From the NCBI RefSeq assembly GCF_963921235.1, contig NC_086097.1:234114001-234178000 (forward strand): a DNA stretch of 64,000 bases. Reading direction: 5' to 3'. Position 1 is the stretch's first letter. Every line of letters begins with the position of its first letter. This DNA comes from Mobula hypostoma. Taxonomy: Eukaryota. Positions 1 to 12,015 of this stretch are shown here, piece after piece. The position numbers and the translations under genes are program-made. Under the pieces are notes generated by a model, which was not told where the DNA came from, did not search any database, and saw only the letters and a list, made by a program, of their open reading frames with translations.

Positions 1-122
1 GTGTAAAATGTTCTGTGCTTGATGAGCAAATATGTAATGCACAAGAAATGTTCCTGGTAAGCACTAATTATCAACTCCTGTATAGTCAGTGAAAACAAGT
101 ACATTCTACTCTATTTGTTGAG

Positions 123-503
123 AAGTTCAAAGTTCAGAGTAAGATTATATATGTCACCATATACAACCCTGAGATTAATTTTCTTGCCGGCATATTCAAT
201 AAATCCATAATAGAATAATAAGCGTAACGGAGTCAATAAAAGACTGCACCAACTCGGTGTTCAAAAGACAACAAATTGTGCAAGTGCAAAAAGAAAGAAA
301 TAATAAATAAATAAAGAAATAAATAAGCGGGAAGTACCGAGTACATGAGACGAAGAGTCCTTGAAAGTGAGTCAATAGGTTGTGGGAACATTTCAAAGAT
401 GGGGCAAGTGATGTTGAGTAAAGTTATGCCCTCCAGTTGAACAGCCTGATGGCTGAGAAGTAATAACTGTTCCTGAAGGGTGGTGGTGGGAGTCCTGAGA
501 CTC
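123..503 (-). mobile_element. Rex1/Babar-type LINE 3' fragment
   Basis: AAGTTCAAAGTTC tail plus AGCCTGATGGCTGAG..TAACTGTTCCTGAA..GGGAGTCCTGAG, the antisense of a Rex1-like ORF C-terminus. The same family recurs at 41597-41790. Confidence 0.6.
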
Positions 504-1047
504 ACACCAACTGCATGGCCTTGTCTTTTTTTCAGAATAAACTGATTGGAAGTCGTTGATTGGAGATCAATGTGAATCATGTTGAGATCAATTTCTGGGC
601 CAAATCATGTTCTCTGGGAAAGGTGTCAGAGGATTTCCTGATCTGAGACATGCTCTCTTCTCCAGTGTACTTTTGGCATCACGGTCTCAGATGATAATAT
701 CCTTCCTTATGAATTTCTAAGTTTAGGCCATGTGCTCTAAGGCAGTCCACCTTTGGGGACTTCCAGAATAACTCCAGCATCATTCTGGTTGCTGGAGTAA
801 ATAAATACTCAACCATGTCCACAGGCCACAAAACCCATTTCTGTGCTGTCTACTCAGTCTATGCCTCTTACCATCTTGATAGCTGCATACAAGATGACAA
901 GAGGCTAGTGCGAATAGAAAACCTGAAGTGACAATAATAGAAAGCTGAAAGAGATAGAATTAAGAATATGAGAACATGGCAGCACCACCAGTAAAGAGGT
1001 GTGAAAAAATCTGAGGCTGTTCTCAATTCTGAAAACTGAGGTTTTAG

Positions 1048-1260
1048 ACCATAAGGCCTCGAAGCAGAATGAGGCTATTTGGCCTATCAAAAGCCTGCTC
1101 CGTCATTCCATCATGGCTGATTTATTATCCCTCTCAACCCCCATTCTCCTAATTTCTACCCGCAAACTTTAACGCAATTAGGAACCTCCGCCTTAAGTAC
1201 CGTGTATCCAATGACTTGGCCTGTACCACCGTCTGTGGCAAAGAATTCCACAGATTCGCT
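1048..1260 (-). mobile_element. CR1 LINE 3' end fragment
   Basis: The minus frame gives ANLWNSLPQTVVQAKSL (CR1 ORF2 C-terminus), followed by the CR1 3' UTR. Confidence 0.8.
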
Positions 1261-1718
1261 AAGGATGCACCTTCTCTGAGAAGCATTGACTTGGTGGCAG
1301 GCATTGGTGACAAGACCATGATCCTTCCTGAAACAAAGCACCAAGCAGATGGGCCGGTCCCTTTGGAGTACACAGGAATTTCTAGGCAGCTAAATGTTAC
1401 TAAAAGATCCATATGGCATTGGCTGGATAAATTAAACCAAATGACAGGGCTCATTTGCAATAATTGCATAAAAAAATTAAAATATTATTGAAAGTACAAT
1501 GTCACAGTAAGAAGTGTGACTGCACAGTGATACTGATGCTGGGAATGAATGTGAATATATTTAACTGAATTAACAGCGACACATAAAATCTGTCTGATTT
1601 GGTTGCTGTTCGCTACAGGTAGAATAATTTAAGCAGTTCATGTTTTCAGAGTGAGAATCTGTGAGCAACCTCACCAGTGCTGAATGCATAGAGTTTAACC
1701 AAAGACAGGAGGATCTGA

Positions 1719-2185
1719 AATAGAAACACAGAAACATAGAAAACCTACAGCACAATCAGGCCCTTCAGCCCACAATGCTGTGCCAAACATGTACCTACTT
1801 TAGAAATTACCTAGGATTACCCATAGCCCTCTATTTTTCTAAGCACCATGTACCTACCCAGGAGTCTCAAGACCCTATCATATCCACCTCCAACACCGTT
1901 GTCAGCAGCCCATTCCACGCACTCACCACTCTCTGCATAAAACACTTGATTGGTCCTATTTTCTCACATCTTATCCTCTTGCTCTTCACATACCTGTAGA
2001 ATGCCTTGGGGTTTTCCTTAATCCTGATTGCCAAGGCCTTCTCATGGCCCCTTCTGGCTCTCCCAATTTCATTCTTAAGCTCCTTCCTGCTAGTCTTATA
2101 ATCTTCTAGATCTCCATCATTACCTCATTTCTTGAACCTATCGTAAGCTCTCATTACCTACTTTATTGAACCTTTTGTAAGCGGA
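1719..2185 (-). mobile_element. CR1 LINE fragment (3' tail fused to internal ORF2 piece)
   Basis: (ATAGAAAC)n tail and GGCCCTTCAGCCC hairpin, then a jump at ~1945 into the antisense of the KENPKAFY region of ORF2. Confidence 0.75.
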
Positions 2186-2513
2186 AATGTTAAATGTGAG
2201 AATATCAAAGATGGGAAAAATGGATCCTGATGGTTAAGGGAACACTGGCAGCCTTTAACACTTCAGTTGAGCTGGAGAGGCATTCCCAGACAATATAACT
2301 GCCCACGTGGACATTTCTCTTCAAATCCACCATTTTGCTGGCAGTTGTTTCCCATCACTCCACGCATTAATATTCTGTTTAAAATACCAGAGGTTTGGAA
2401 ATCTTCCTTAGTCATTTGTACAAAGTGCAGACATATGAATGCAAGTGACACAGCATGGTTTTAAATTCTCATTAGTGATCCAGACCTCAGATGATCCTAA
2501 CTGTGTTAGGACA

Positions 2514-2723
2514 CAAACACGAGAAAACCTGCAGAAGCCGGAACTCCAAAGCAACCCACAAAAAATGATGGAGCTACTCAGCAGGTCAGGCAGCATCTAT
2601 GGAAAAGAGTAAACAGTTGACATTTCGGGCCTGATGAAGGGTCTAGGCCTGAAACGTCAACTGTTTACTCTTTTCCATAAGCTGCCTGGCGTGCTGAGTT
2701 CCTCCAGCATTTTGTGTGGGTTG
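2514..2723. mobile_element. Miniature fold-back Penelope-like insertion with central hammerhead core
   Basis: Two inverted PLE tails are joined at 2630/2631. Flanks CTGTGTTAGGACA (2501-2513) and CTGTGTTTGGGCA (2724-2736) form a 13 bp TSD with 2 mismatches. Confidence 0.8.
2631..2662 (+). ncRNA. Minimal hammerhead ribozyme core (PLE-type), native 5' strand of stem I missing
   Basis: CTGATGA-A-GGGTCTAGGCCT-GAAAC-GTC-AACT: both catalytic boxes and the GUC cleavage triplet are intact. Confidence 0.65.
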
Positions 2724-3022
2724 CTGTGTTTGGGCAGCCTATTTGACCACAGTATACCTTAACCAGCTGTAAGGCCTCCTCTTTGTACATTTCTAATGGC
2801 AGGCGCACCTCTTTTATAGCTTGTAGCAATGTGGTTCGCAGTATACTTGTGTGTTGCTTGTAAAATGGAACCAGGGCATCACTGAAGTTGTGGACTACTT
2901 ATGCTATGTAAGGTACAAATAGAACAGATACAATAGATAGGAAAGTATAGGAATTTAATTTCCCTTGTTTGGGTAAGCTTTCCCATAAAGGTTGTGATTG
3001 TGCATTGTAGTCAGTTTCTCAG

Positions 3023-3673
3023 ATATCCCACCTCTCCTGGAAGTTCTGGGAGTCTCCCACAAATTAATAGTGCCTCCCTGATGACAGCAAATTATATACA
3101 ATGTCCCGGAAATTGATTTTTTTGAGAGAGAGCGAGCACGCGCAAGAGCAAGAAAGCAAGCACCAGAGAGAGAAGGAGAGTGTGAGAGAGAGAAAGAGAG
3201 AGCGAGAGCGAAAAAGCAAGCACGAGAGAGAGAGCGAGATAGCGATCACGAGCAAGAGAGAGTGCGCGCGCGTGCGATAGAGTGACAGTGAGAGCAAGAG
3301 TGAGAGAGTTCCAAAAAAAGTCAGAGTGGCAGAGTGTTCCAGAAAAAGAAAATATAAAACGTATGTCACCCCAGACTACACTAAAGTGTACCCCTGCCTA
3401 ATAGGGGTCAAAAATAATGAGTGTTGCTCACTGCACTGTTTGCAACAGTGACTTTTCTACTACCCATGGTGGGTTAACACTGTAAAAGACATGTTGAGGT
3501 GAGTTTAATAGGTGTCATTTTTTCATTAGCATAGCTAACGTTATTTAAACTAGCTGGCTAGCTGCTAAGGAGCTACTCTATTGCAGACATCCCACCCCTC
3601 CCGGAAGTTCCGGGAGTCTCCCGCAATTTGATGGTGCTACCTCCCTGAAATGAGTTTTTGCAGGGTGGGATAT
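3023..3673. mobile_element. Non-autonomous DNA element with short terminal inverted repeats and a duplicated subterminal hairpin module
   Basis: ATATCCCACC (3023-3032) and GGTGGGATAT (3664-3673). A ~55 bp module occurs at 3025-3080 and 3589-3648, containing the palindrome CTCCCGGAA-G-TTCCGGGAG. Internal GA-rich microsatellite. Confidence 0.6.
3123..3310. repeat. GA/GAGC-rich low-complexity microsatellite
   Basis: Imperfect (GA)n/(GAGC)n run. Confidence 0.85.
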
Positions 3674-3759
3674 TTAATTCTAGTAAGCTGAGTATACTGT
3701 TCATTTTCTTTTCTGAGGATTTGTTGCGGTGATGAAACTTGCGAGTTGCTGAGATCCCA

Positions 3760-4090
3760 ATAGTGATGTCGTCTGGAGTTTAGCCATTTGGTGCTTAGCT
3801 CCTTTTAGGGTCACCCATGGCGGTAAGGTCAAGGGTGAGGTTCCGAACAAAGAGCAATCCAACCAAGACCTCATCGGTGGACCTGGCAGAAGGTGATGAC
3901 ACATGACAATGGCAGTGAAGGAGGAGGAAGGCTGCAACAGTGACGAGTTTCTAGTTGCCTTGGATTTCATGCCTCTGGACCATGACCCCAATCTGACCAC
4001 ATAGTGGCTGCCCATGCATCAGCCTCCCCATGTTAAACAAAGTCAAACACAGACCTTCTCCATTGATAGAATCCACCCTAAAACCCCAGA
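3760..4090 (+). mobile_element. Probable RTE-clade LINE 5' UTR-derived fragment
   Basis: CCCATGGCGGTAAGGTCAAGGGTGAGGTTCC and downstream motifs resemble vertebrate RTE 5' regions as I recall them. No ORF support. Confidence 0.35.
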
Positions 4091-4551
4091 ATATTTGGAT
4101 ACCCGATTAGTCTCTGCAGCCACCTGAGGGCCCAAGAACACACCACCCCTTAGGAGAACATCATCCTCGACTCGAGTGATTGCAATACTACTGTGCATTC
4201 ACGATTTTATATGAATGAATTTAGTATAAGTGGGCAAGTAAGTATCTCTCTCCAGTGAAGTTCATACAGTTAACTCAAAACTGCACTATAGGCATATTAT
4301 GAGTAAGAAACTTGATCACATAACCTATTCATATTGTTTTGGCCCATTACTGTCTATTTAATATGGGCTCCATCATGTTGTCTTGGCTGTAATTTTCTGT
4401 TCATCCATCACACGATGAAGGCTAAAAATATGATAAATACTGTTAGAATTATTTTGCATTTTAATGGTTTATCATAGATTCTATTTAGATTCTGTTTGAA
4501 TAACTCAGTACGTTCTCACATCGTACAGAACAGAAATTTATAGGTTACTTT

Positions 4552-4935
4552 ACATTACTTTACTTTATTGTCACCAAACAATTGATACTAGAGCGTACAA
4601 TCATCACAGCGATATCTGATTCTGCGCTTCCCGTTCACTGGAGTACAAATGGATAGTAAAAGTTTAAATTATAAATCATAAATAGAAAATAGAAAAGGGA
4701 AAGTAAGGTAGTGAAAAAAAATCCGAGAGGCAGGTCTGGATATTTGGAGGGTACGGCCCAGATCCGGGTCAGAATCTATTCAGCAGTCTTATCACAGTTG
4801 GAAAGAAGCTGTTCCCAAATCTGGCTGTACGAGTCTTCAAGCTCCTGAGCCGCCTCCTGGAGGGAAGAGGGACAAAAAGTGTGTTGGCTGGGTGGGTCGT
4901 GTCCGTGATTATCCTGGCAGCACTGCTCCGACGGC
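4552..4935 (-). mobile_element. Rex1/Babar-type LINE 3' fragment
   Basis: Antisense of the RFGNSFFPTVIRLLN terminus with a (TACTT)n tail. Near-identical copies at 20447-20712 (+) and 45481-45840 (-). Confidence 0.75.
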
Positions 4936-5434
4936 ACATCCTCCACTACCACTCTCTGGCTTCTCCCATTGAGCCAATGTCTAATCCAGTTTACTACCTC
5001 ACCATGTATACATAGCGACTGAATTTTCCTAACTAACCTCCCATGCGGGACCTCGTCAAAGGCCTTACTGATGTCCATGTAGACAACATCCACTGCCTTC
5101 CCTACATCCACTTTCCTGGTAACCTCCTCGAAGAACTCCAATAGATTGGTCAAACATGACCTAACATGCGCAAAGCCATGTTGACTCTCCCTAATAAACC
5201 CCTGTCTACCCAAATACTTGTAGATCCTATCTTTTAGTACTCCTTCCAATAATTTACCTACTACTGATGTCAAACTTACTGGCCTATAATTTCCTGGATT
5301 ACTTTTTGAGCCTGTTTTAAACACGGGAACAACATGAGCTATCCTCCAATCCTCCAGCACTTCACCCGTGGATATCGACATTTTAAATATATCTGCCAGG
5401 GCCCCTGCAATTTCAACACTAGTCTCCTTCAAGG
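4936..5434 (-). mobile_element. CR1 LINE ORF2 (RT N-terminal) fragment
   Basis: PGNYRPVSLTSVVGKLLE, QHGF, SCLTNL, VDVVYMDISKAFD. Closely similar to 55253-55750. Confidence 0.9.
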
Positions 5435-5436
5435 TA

Positions 5437-6417
5437 CCCCTATTAACTGTTTGGTAAAAGACATTTATCATTGATGGTTTGTTTAGAAAGGAGAGAGAGA
5501 CAGAGCTATTTACCACCGATATATTGCTTTTGTAAAGACAGAGCGAGACAAAGATCAACGGTTGGACTGTCACTTTAAGGCATTGGAAGTAACTTTGGAT
5601 TTTTACTGAATTTGGAGTTGGAGACAGCACCGAGCAACTCGAAAGTTGCGATGGTGACCGAAGGCAGCGTTAATTAATGGATTCTCGATGTTATGATTTT
5701 CAACACATTGTTGATATTTCTTCAAGGGCTTGTTGCCTGCTTGTGCACTCCTTTACAGACAAAGGAGGGAGGGACTCTTTGAATGTCAGGTGATGCTCAG
5801 CCTGGTGAAATAAATGGGAGGTTAGATGATACAGACCTCAGGACACATGATCTGGACACTGAATGAGCATTATTGTGCCCGCAGAGCAAGTGGGTTTTGG
5901 AGGATCGATCAGGTGGATTGATCCAAGTTGCTATTCCAGTTTGAAGGAGAAGGGGTTGACTGGTGGGGAGTTGTCTATGTGTCCACCCTCGCCTGGGTGA
6001 TAGCTCCACCACAGAAGACCGGTCCCCCTGGTTAAAGTCACAGTTGGTAACTTGTAAAGGATTTCGGAGGACGACGAGAAGATCGGCAGCATCAGCTCAC
6101 CTGAAGATTCAACTCACTCTCTCTCTCTCTCTCCATCACTACTCAACTAAATACCACGAACTGAACTGAACTTTACTCAACATCGTAAGACTGTATCTTT
6201 TTACCCCTAGACTTAAAGAAGCTTGTTTTTTTTCCATACATATATATATTGCACACTTACCTTTATATATAATCATTGCTAACCTGTTTGATTTATCTAC
6301 ATTTATATTACTGTATTGAGTAGTTACTAATAAATGTTAGTAGCTTATAGCAATACGAGACTCCAAAGTGTTTTCCATCTCTGCTGGTTCTTTATCCCCG
6401 TCACGGGGTCCATGACA
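5437..6417 (+). mobile_element. 5'-truncated solo LTR (probably Gypsy)
   Basis: Ends ...CCCCGTCACGGGGTCCATGACA with AATAAA ~85 bp upstream. The terminus resembles that of the LTR at 20713-21570. Confidence 0.6.
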
Positions 6418-6931
6418 ATTTAAAATAAAGAATTGTTTTTCAGATTCGGTTATGAGCATTTTCAGCTCGAGTTGATCTGGAGGCAATTGGCAGTCTTTAG
6501 TATTCTTCAAGACTGTTAAGCAGGCTGTGACTTGTAAAATCTGAAACCACAGCAAATCTGCATGCAAAGTGAAAAGAAACCAGCTCTCTGCTCCTAAAGG
6601 CAACACCTGATGGAGCCATTCTCCCCAAACAGGGAAACTTGATTTTATTAAGCCAAAGAACTCTGTACCTGTAATTGGACATGTCCAACAACCTCTTCTC
6701 ATAGCTAGAGAAAAGGATTATTCTTCCTTGAGGCTGCCACACATAAAACTTCTTGTGTCATTTGAGGTGTCACCATGTCACAGTAATGTCCTTTCTACTT
6801 CTCTCAGTCCCATTCTAAGCGTTCACCGCTGATGAGATTACTGCTTTGGCAGTTTAATATAGTATCAGTCAAATATAAAGTGCCTCTCTCCTCTCTTAAG
6901 CACAGTATTCAACAAGTATTAATTGATTTCT

Positions 6932-7367
6932 AAAGCAATGCACACAAAATGCTGGCGGAACTCAGCAGGTCAGGCAGCATCTATGGAGAGGAATAAACCG
7001 TTAACGTTTTGGGCCGAGACCCTTTTTCAGGACTGAGAAGGAAAGGGGAAGATGTCAAAATGTAAAACGGGGACAGAAAGGAGGCTAGCTGGAAAGTGAT
7101 AGGAAAAGTCAGGTGAGTGAAAAATGTCCTGGGCTTGCCAAGACGGAATCTGATGGGAAAGGAAAGGGGACCATAGGAGAAAGGAAAGGAGGAGGAGAGG
7201 AGGAAGGGGTGGTGTTAGGCAGATTTGAAGAGGTAAAGGCCAGAGTGGGGAGGGAGGGGGAGTTTTTTATTTACCAGAGTGATAAATTGATATTTATGCC
7301 ATCAGGTTGGAGGCTACCCAGATAGAATATCAGGTGTTGTTCCTCCACCCTGAGGGGGGCATCATCT
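6932..7367 (-). mobile_element. Penelope-like element 3' end (GIY-YIG tail + pseudo-LTR, decayed hammerhead)
   Basis: Homologous to 12085-12560. The minus strand reads AGTC-CTGAAAA-AGGGTCTCGGCCC-AAAAC-GTT at 6997-7034. An opposite-orientation tail follows at 7435-7585. Confidence 0.8.
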
Positions 7368-7804
7368 CCTATGTGCTTAGGAAATGATTTGTTTTGGATT
7401 AGTCATCCATTCTTTACATCAAAGACTGTGTATTGACCCACCTGGTTTCACCCCATCTCCTGCCAGCTTCAACTCCTTTCCCATCCCCACACCACCTTGG
7501 CCCAAAACCTTGACTGTTTATGCCTCTGAACAGATGGTGCCTGACCTGCTGAGGTCTTCCAGAACTGTGTGTATGTGTTGCCCAAGATATTTCTTTTCTG
7601 TAGTTACTGGAAAGATTAACAGTGTATTTATGGAATAGCAGGAGATCAAAATGACAAACAGATAAAGAAATAAAAAAAACTGAAAACTGAAAGGGAAAAT
7701 AAAGAATGTGAATCCATTATGGAGAGAAAGAGAGAGAAAGATAGAGAGAGAAGGAGAGAGAGAGAGAGAAGGGGGGGGGTACAGTGCAATACATAAAATT
7801 ACAG

Positions 7805-7873
7805 CAGTACTGTGCAGAATTTTAGGCTCCCTAACCAACTATACAATATGTGCCTAAAACCTTTGCACAGTAT
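7805..7873. mobile_element. Tiny Tc1-like MITE
   Basis: CAGTACTGTGCAGAA ... TTTGCACAGTA inverted ends. A second copy lies at 22189-22257. Confidence 0.55.
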
Positions 7874-7959
7874 CATATGTGAGGAGGGGATCATGGAAGT
7901 GATACTATGGAGGCATAAGGAGTAGAAGAGATGTGAAGGTGTGGTTCAATAGCGTTGAA

Positions 7960-8288
7960 GGACAGCACAGTGACATAGCAGTTTGCCCATTGCTTGATTG
8001 CACTGGCTGTTATCAAAAGAGTTTCAATCCCTGCTGCTACCTGTCAGCTGTTTGTACGTTCTCCCAGTGACAGAATAGGTTTCTTCCATGTGCCCCTGTT
8101 TCCTTCCCCATTTCACAGATGTATGGTTAGAGTTAGTGAGCTGTGGGCACGTTACGTTGACGCCAGAAGCGCGGCAACACTTGCAGGCTTCCCAGCACGA
8201 TCTCACTGATTTGATTTGACACAAATGATACAGTTCACTGTATGTTTCAATGTTTCGATGTACACGTGACAAATATAGCTAATCTTTC
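7960..8288 (+). mobile_element. tRNA-derived V-SINE-like element
   Basis: Degenerate B-box GTTTCAATCCC, V-domain-like TTTGTACGTTCTCCC..GGTTTC core and a LINE-like tail. Confidence 0.6.
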
Positions 8289-8575
8289 AGGTCAGTTGCT
8301 GTCAGCTAAATTATTGACTGCATTCAGTTCAGCAGCCGGTGGTCAGCGAGCAAGTGTGGACAGGGGTTGGGTGGGGTAAGGGGTTGAGTCTATTATTGAC
8401 ATGGTGGGAACTTCATAATGGTTCTAGCGGTATTGTGGTTTTGGTTGAGAGAGCAGAAGGAGATATATTATTTAGTCTGTCAGTTGAAGAATTGGCGGTA
8501 TCTTGTGAGATAAGGATTTAAGGGACAAAGGATAATCACATTTCTTGTCTTCAGAAGTATTGCAGTCCAGTGCCA

Positions 8576-9297
8576 TACACAAAATTCTGGAAGAACTCAG
8601 CAGGTCAAGCAGCATCAATCGATGGAAATGGGTGGTCAATGTTTTCACCCGAAATGTCAATTGCTTATTTCCTTACTTTGATCTGACTGACCCATAGAGT
8701 TCCTCTGGCATTTTGTGTGTTGATCCATATTTCCAGTGTTACGATTTCGTAACATACCAGCAGCAGGAGATGACAAATTGAGTCGGGTTTTAATACTAAA
8801 ACCACTATATTTACACCTACTCAAAAATATAGAAAATTAAATAAACTACTTTCTTAAACAGAATTTAACAGTGTTATGCGTCTGTAGCTCTCTTACAGTC
8901 AAATTTAGAACCCATTCTTAACAAATCTTACTGAAGCACTGTTGTAAAGTGGTAGTTCAGAGAGTCCCAGTAACTCATGAAATAGGTGAGAGGAGAGACT
9001 TGTGGATTCACAGTGAAGCGACGAGGCGATCACGACGAATTCCAAAGATTCCACGGCTAGCGAATGAAGAAACGGTTACCGAAGATCCCAGCTGAGGAAT
9101 ATTGTTCCGAAGTCCACGAAGAACCATGTCACAAAGTGACTGTCACGAAATCCACACCCATGGATCATACGAAGGGCAGACATGTCTCCACAATGCACAG
9201 TGTGCCGCTGATTAACCCAATCCTTTGGGTTGGGGTAAGCATTAGACTTTACCCTTCTTCATCGTGGGCTATTCCCGGATAACTCGAAGCCTGCGAT

Positions 9298-9329
<32 letters not shown>

Positions 9330-9535
9330 CTTCGACTTCTTCTCAGCACTATGCCCACATTTCTTTTACACCGTCGGCATATGTCATAAGGTAATGCTCG
9401 CAGAAACAAAACTGTGGACTCCCAGTAAAATGAAACTGGGGACACGTGACGCCCACAGTAAACAAAACCACAGACTCCCAGGAAAACAAAGCTGTGGACA
9501 CGTAACACTAGCAACTGTGTTTTCTTTTGTGTCTC
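8576..9535. mobile_element. Miniature fold-back Penelope-like insertion split by a solo LTR
   Basis: Inverted PLE tails at 8576-8736; the tail resumes at 9512-9535. TSD CAGTCCAGTGCCA (8563-8575) / CAGTCCAGTTCCA (9536-9548). Confidence 0.7.
8737..9507 (-). mobile_element. Solo LTR
   Basis: TGTTACG...CGTAACA termini and 4 bp TSD CCAG/CTAG. It interrupts a PLE tail. Orientation is inferred. Confidence 0.75.
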
Positions 9536-11127
9536 CAGTCCAGTTCCAAACCAGTATTGATCTAAACCTTTCGGAGGATCTAAAGACACTTGCTTCCACA
9601 ACCATTTGATCTAAGATTTCATGTGTTGCGTCATGGGGAATTACCACACCCTGGGGTCAAAATAAATGTCCATTACATGAGGATAAATGTCCAGCAGAAT
9701 GTAGTGACATTCACCCTGGGAATGGAACATCATCAACAGCCAAAGGCAAATGGGTCAGAATGGAAAGGAGACAGAGGAGAAGAGTGACAGACAATTGTAA
9801 GTTCAGGATCATCCTTGTTGTATGAATGGAAGTTCAGCAGAGTATTAACCCAATACACATCTAGTGTCTCCAAAGCAGAGAAAACCACATCTACACCCAT
9901 TCGTATTTCTTTCTCTGTCTTTCCTGTTTTCATCAATTCTCTTCAATTTTCATTTGGTCCTGAAAGGACATTTACAATTAACAAGCCTTCACACTTCTTC
10001 AGCTCTATCACTCTTTCAACACTCTGGTCTTTATTCCCAACCTTTCAACATCATTCTCTACACTCCCCAAACCCCTCCCTCTTTTAGGCTATTTGAGCAT
10101 GTTTGACTTCTATCTTTTCTTTTATAATGGTAAGTGTTTGGCCTGAAATAGTTGTTAATGCTCAAACAACAATGACAAGACTTCATGTTCAAGGGCTGAC
10201 ATTTTCTTAACCACAATCCCTTTCCCCTCCTCACACGTACATGCCCATAACAGGGAAATTGTGCGTCCGAGCTAAATGCCTACATGGGCCAAATGAACGG
10301 TAACTCAGTTTCCCTCTCTGCAGATGACTTTTGTCCTGCTGATTATTTTCCAGCAGTCTCCATTTCTGCTTGTTTTTTAAAACCAGTTTATTAATGATCC
10401 TTATTTCCTGCATATGATATTTAACATCTTTCTGTGCTGACATATGGGCGTCAGTTGAATACCTCATTCCCAGAAGGGCACGACTCCTTCAAGATTAACC
10501 TAAATTTGGATCTAAGGCTGATTTGCACCTGCTACTATCCACAGAAATGGAGATTCTCCAGATATGAGTGATTGGGGGCAAATCCCCTCAGTACTTATGA
10601 GTAACATGCTTCATAACAAAACAATTTAATAAAAAGATCTGCTGGTTCTCCATGGATTTGTAGAACCATCCCAATCATTTCTTCTACTGCATTTCTGATA
10701 GCCATGAGATACTATTTGAGAAACTCTAAATGGAGTTTAAGGAATTAAATCCTTATGATAGTCTTCCACTTTTTCATTTTGGTAGAGCAAAATAAGAACT
10801 TTGGCCCAAAATAGAGGGTTTATTCCCCTCTATGGATGGTGTCTGACTTGCTGGGTTCCTCCAGCATTTTGCGTGTTGTTTTGGATTTTCAGCATCTGTA
10901 GAATCTCTTGTGTTTAAGTAGTACATTTTTTTTTATTATTTCTCTGAAGTTTCTATAGACTTTTCATGAAAACTAAGCTGCTAATCAGACAACATAGTGT
11001 CCAGATTCACTTTATTTGTTTCATTAATTCAAAGTTCAAAGTAAATTTATTATCTAAGTACCTATATTTGTACTGGTCCAACAGGATATTACTACAGGGT
11101 TTCTTATGTACTTTTAGCCTATCTTAC

Positions 11128-11470
11128 AGCTTAGATAGAGTGGATGCAGAGAGAATGTTTCCAATAGCAGGGAAGTCTAGGTCCAGAGAACCAGAGAACA
11201 CAGTATCAGAAAATAGGGACATCTCTTTAGAACAAAAATGAGAACAAATTTCTTTGGCCAGAGGGTGGTGAATCTGTGGAATTCATTATTGCAGATAGCA
11301 GTGGAGGCTAAGTCATTGGATATAAAGTTGATGTTAATAGGTTCTTGATTAGTAGGGGCTTCCAAGGGAGAAGCCAAGAGAATGGGTTTGAGAAGGAAAA
11401 TAAATCAGCTGTGATGGAATGACAGAGCATACTTGATAGGCTGAATAGCCTAATTCTTTGTCTTATGTGT
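11128..11470 (+). mobile_element. CR1 LINE 3' fragment
   Basis: LDRVDAERMFP..., QRVVNLWNSL and the CR1 3' UTR. Confidence 0.8.
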
Positions 11471-11901
11471 GACAAGAGACCCAGGCAAGGATGATTAGGA
11501 CCCAAGTGCTGAACTATCTGAGACTAGAATTGAGACATGATACAAGACTGAAATGAGAACATGGTTCAGAACTAAATGTTAGAGAATTCAAAGTAGCACT
11601 GGATATTGAGCCCAAATCTCAGTTCAGGTGGTCTTTGAATATTAAAATCTTGTGCCAAAACATGGCTACTGATTAGCGTGATAGGAAAGAGTCTTTAAAG
11701 GGGTCACACCAGCAATCCATATTCCAGAGAGTCAGAACATCAAAACTCAGAAAGCTGGCATGGTTGGGGTGAATTCTAATATTATGATCTTGTACTGCTT
11801 CTTTTTATCCTTGGGATGGAGATATTTTTGTAAAAGTTGGACTGAAAAGAAAGGATATACAATGACATTCATATCCACGAAAACAAGATTAATATTTATT
11901 A

Positions 11902-12015
11902 AACAACATACATCAAAGTTGCTGGTGAACGCAGCAGGCCAAGCAGCATCTTCCTATAGAACTTTGATGTATGTTGCTTGAATTTCCAGTATCTGCAGAA
12001 TTCCTGTTGTTTGCG
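11902..12015. mobile_element. 114 bp micro fold-back Penelope insertion
   Basis: Perfect 13 bp TSD TTAATATTTATTA (11889-11901, 12016-12028). Inverted arms CAACATACATCAAAGTT / AACTTTGATGTATGTTG. Confidence 0.85.

Noticed and set aside
2118..2183. ~33 bp imperfect tandem duplication at a CR1 end
   Set aside because: Ordinary local duplication with only two units; not an array.
4776..5630. 284 aa minus-strand ORF
   Set aside because: Chance read-through across an LTR, a CR1 RT piece and an out-of-frame Rex1 tail; not a gene.
9600..10500. Possible minus-strand host exons (acceptor-like CCTTTCAG at ~9960; ORFs 9733-9936 and 10231-10467)
   Set aside because: All frames after the acceptor stop within 9 codons and I recognise no protein similarity. 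A non-coding or terminal exon cannot be excluded.
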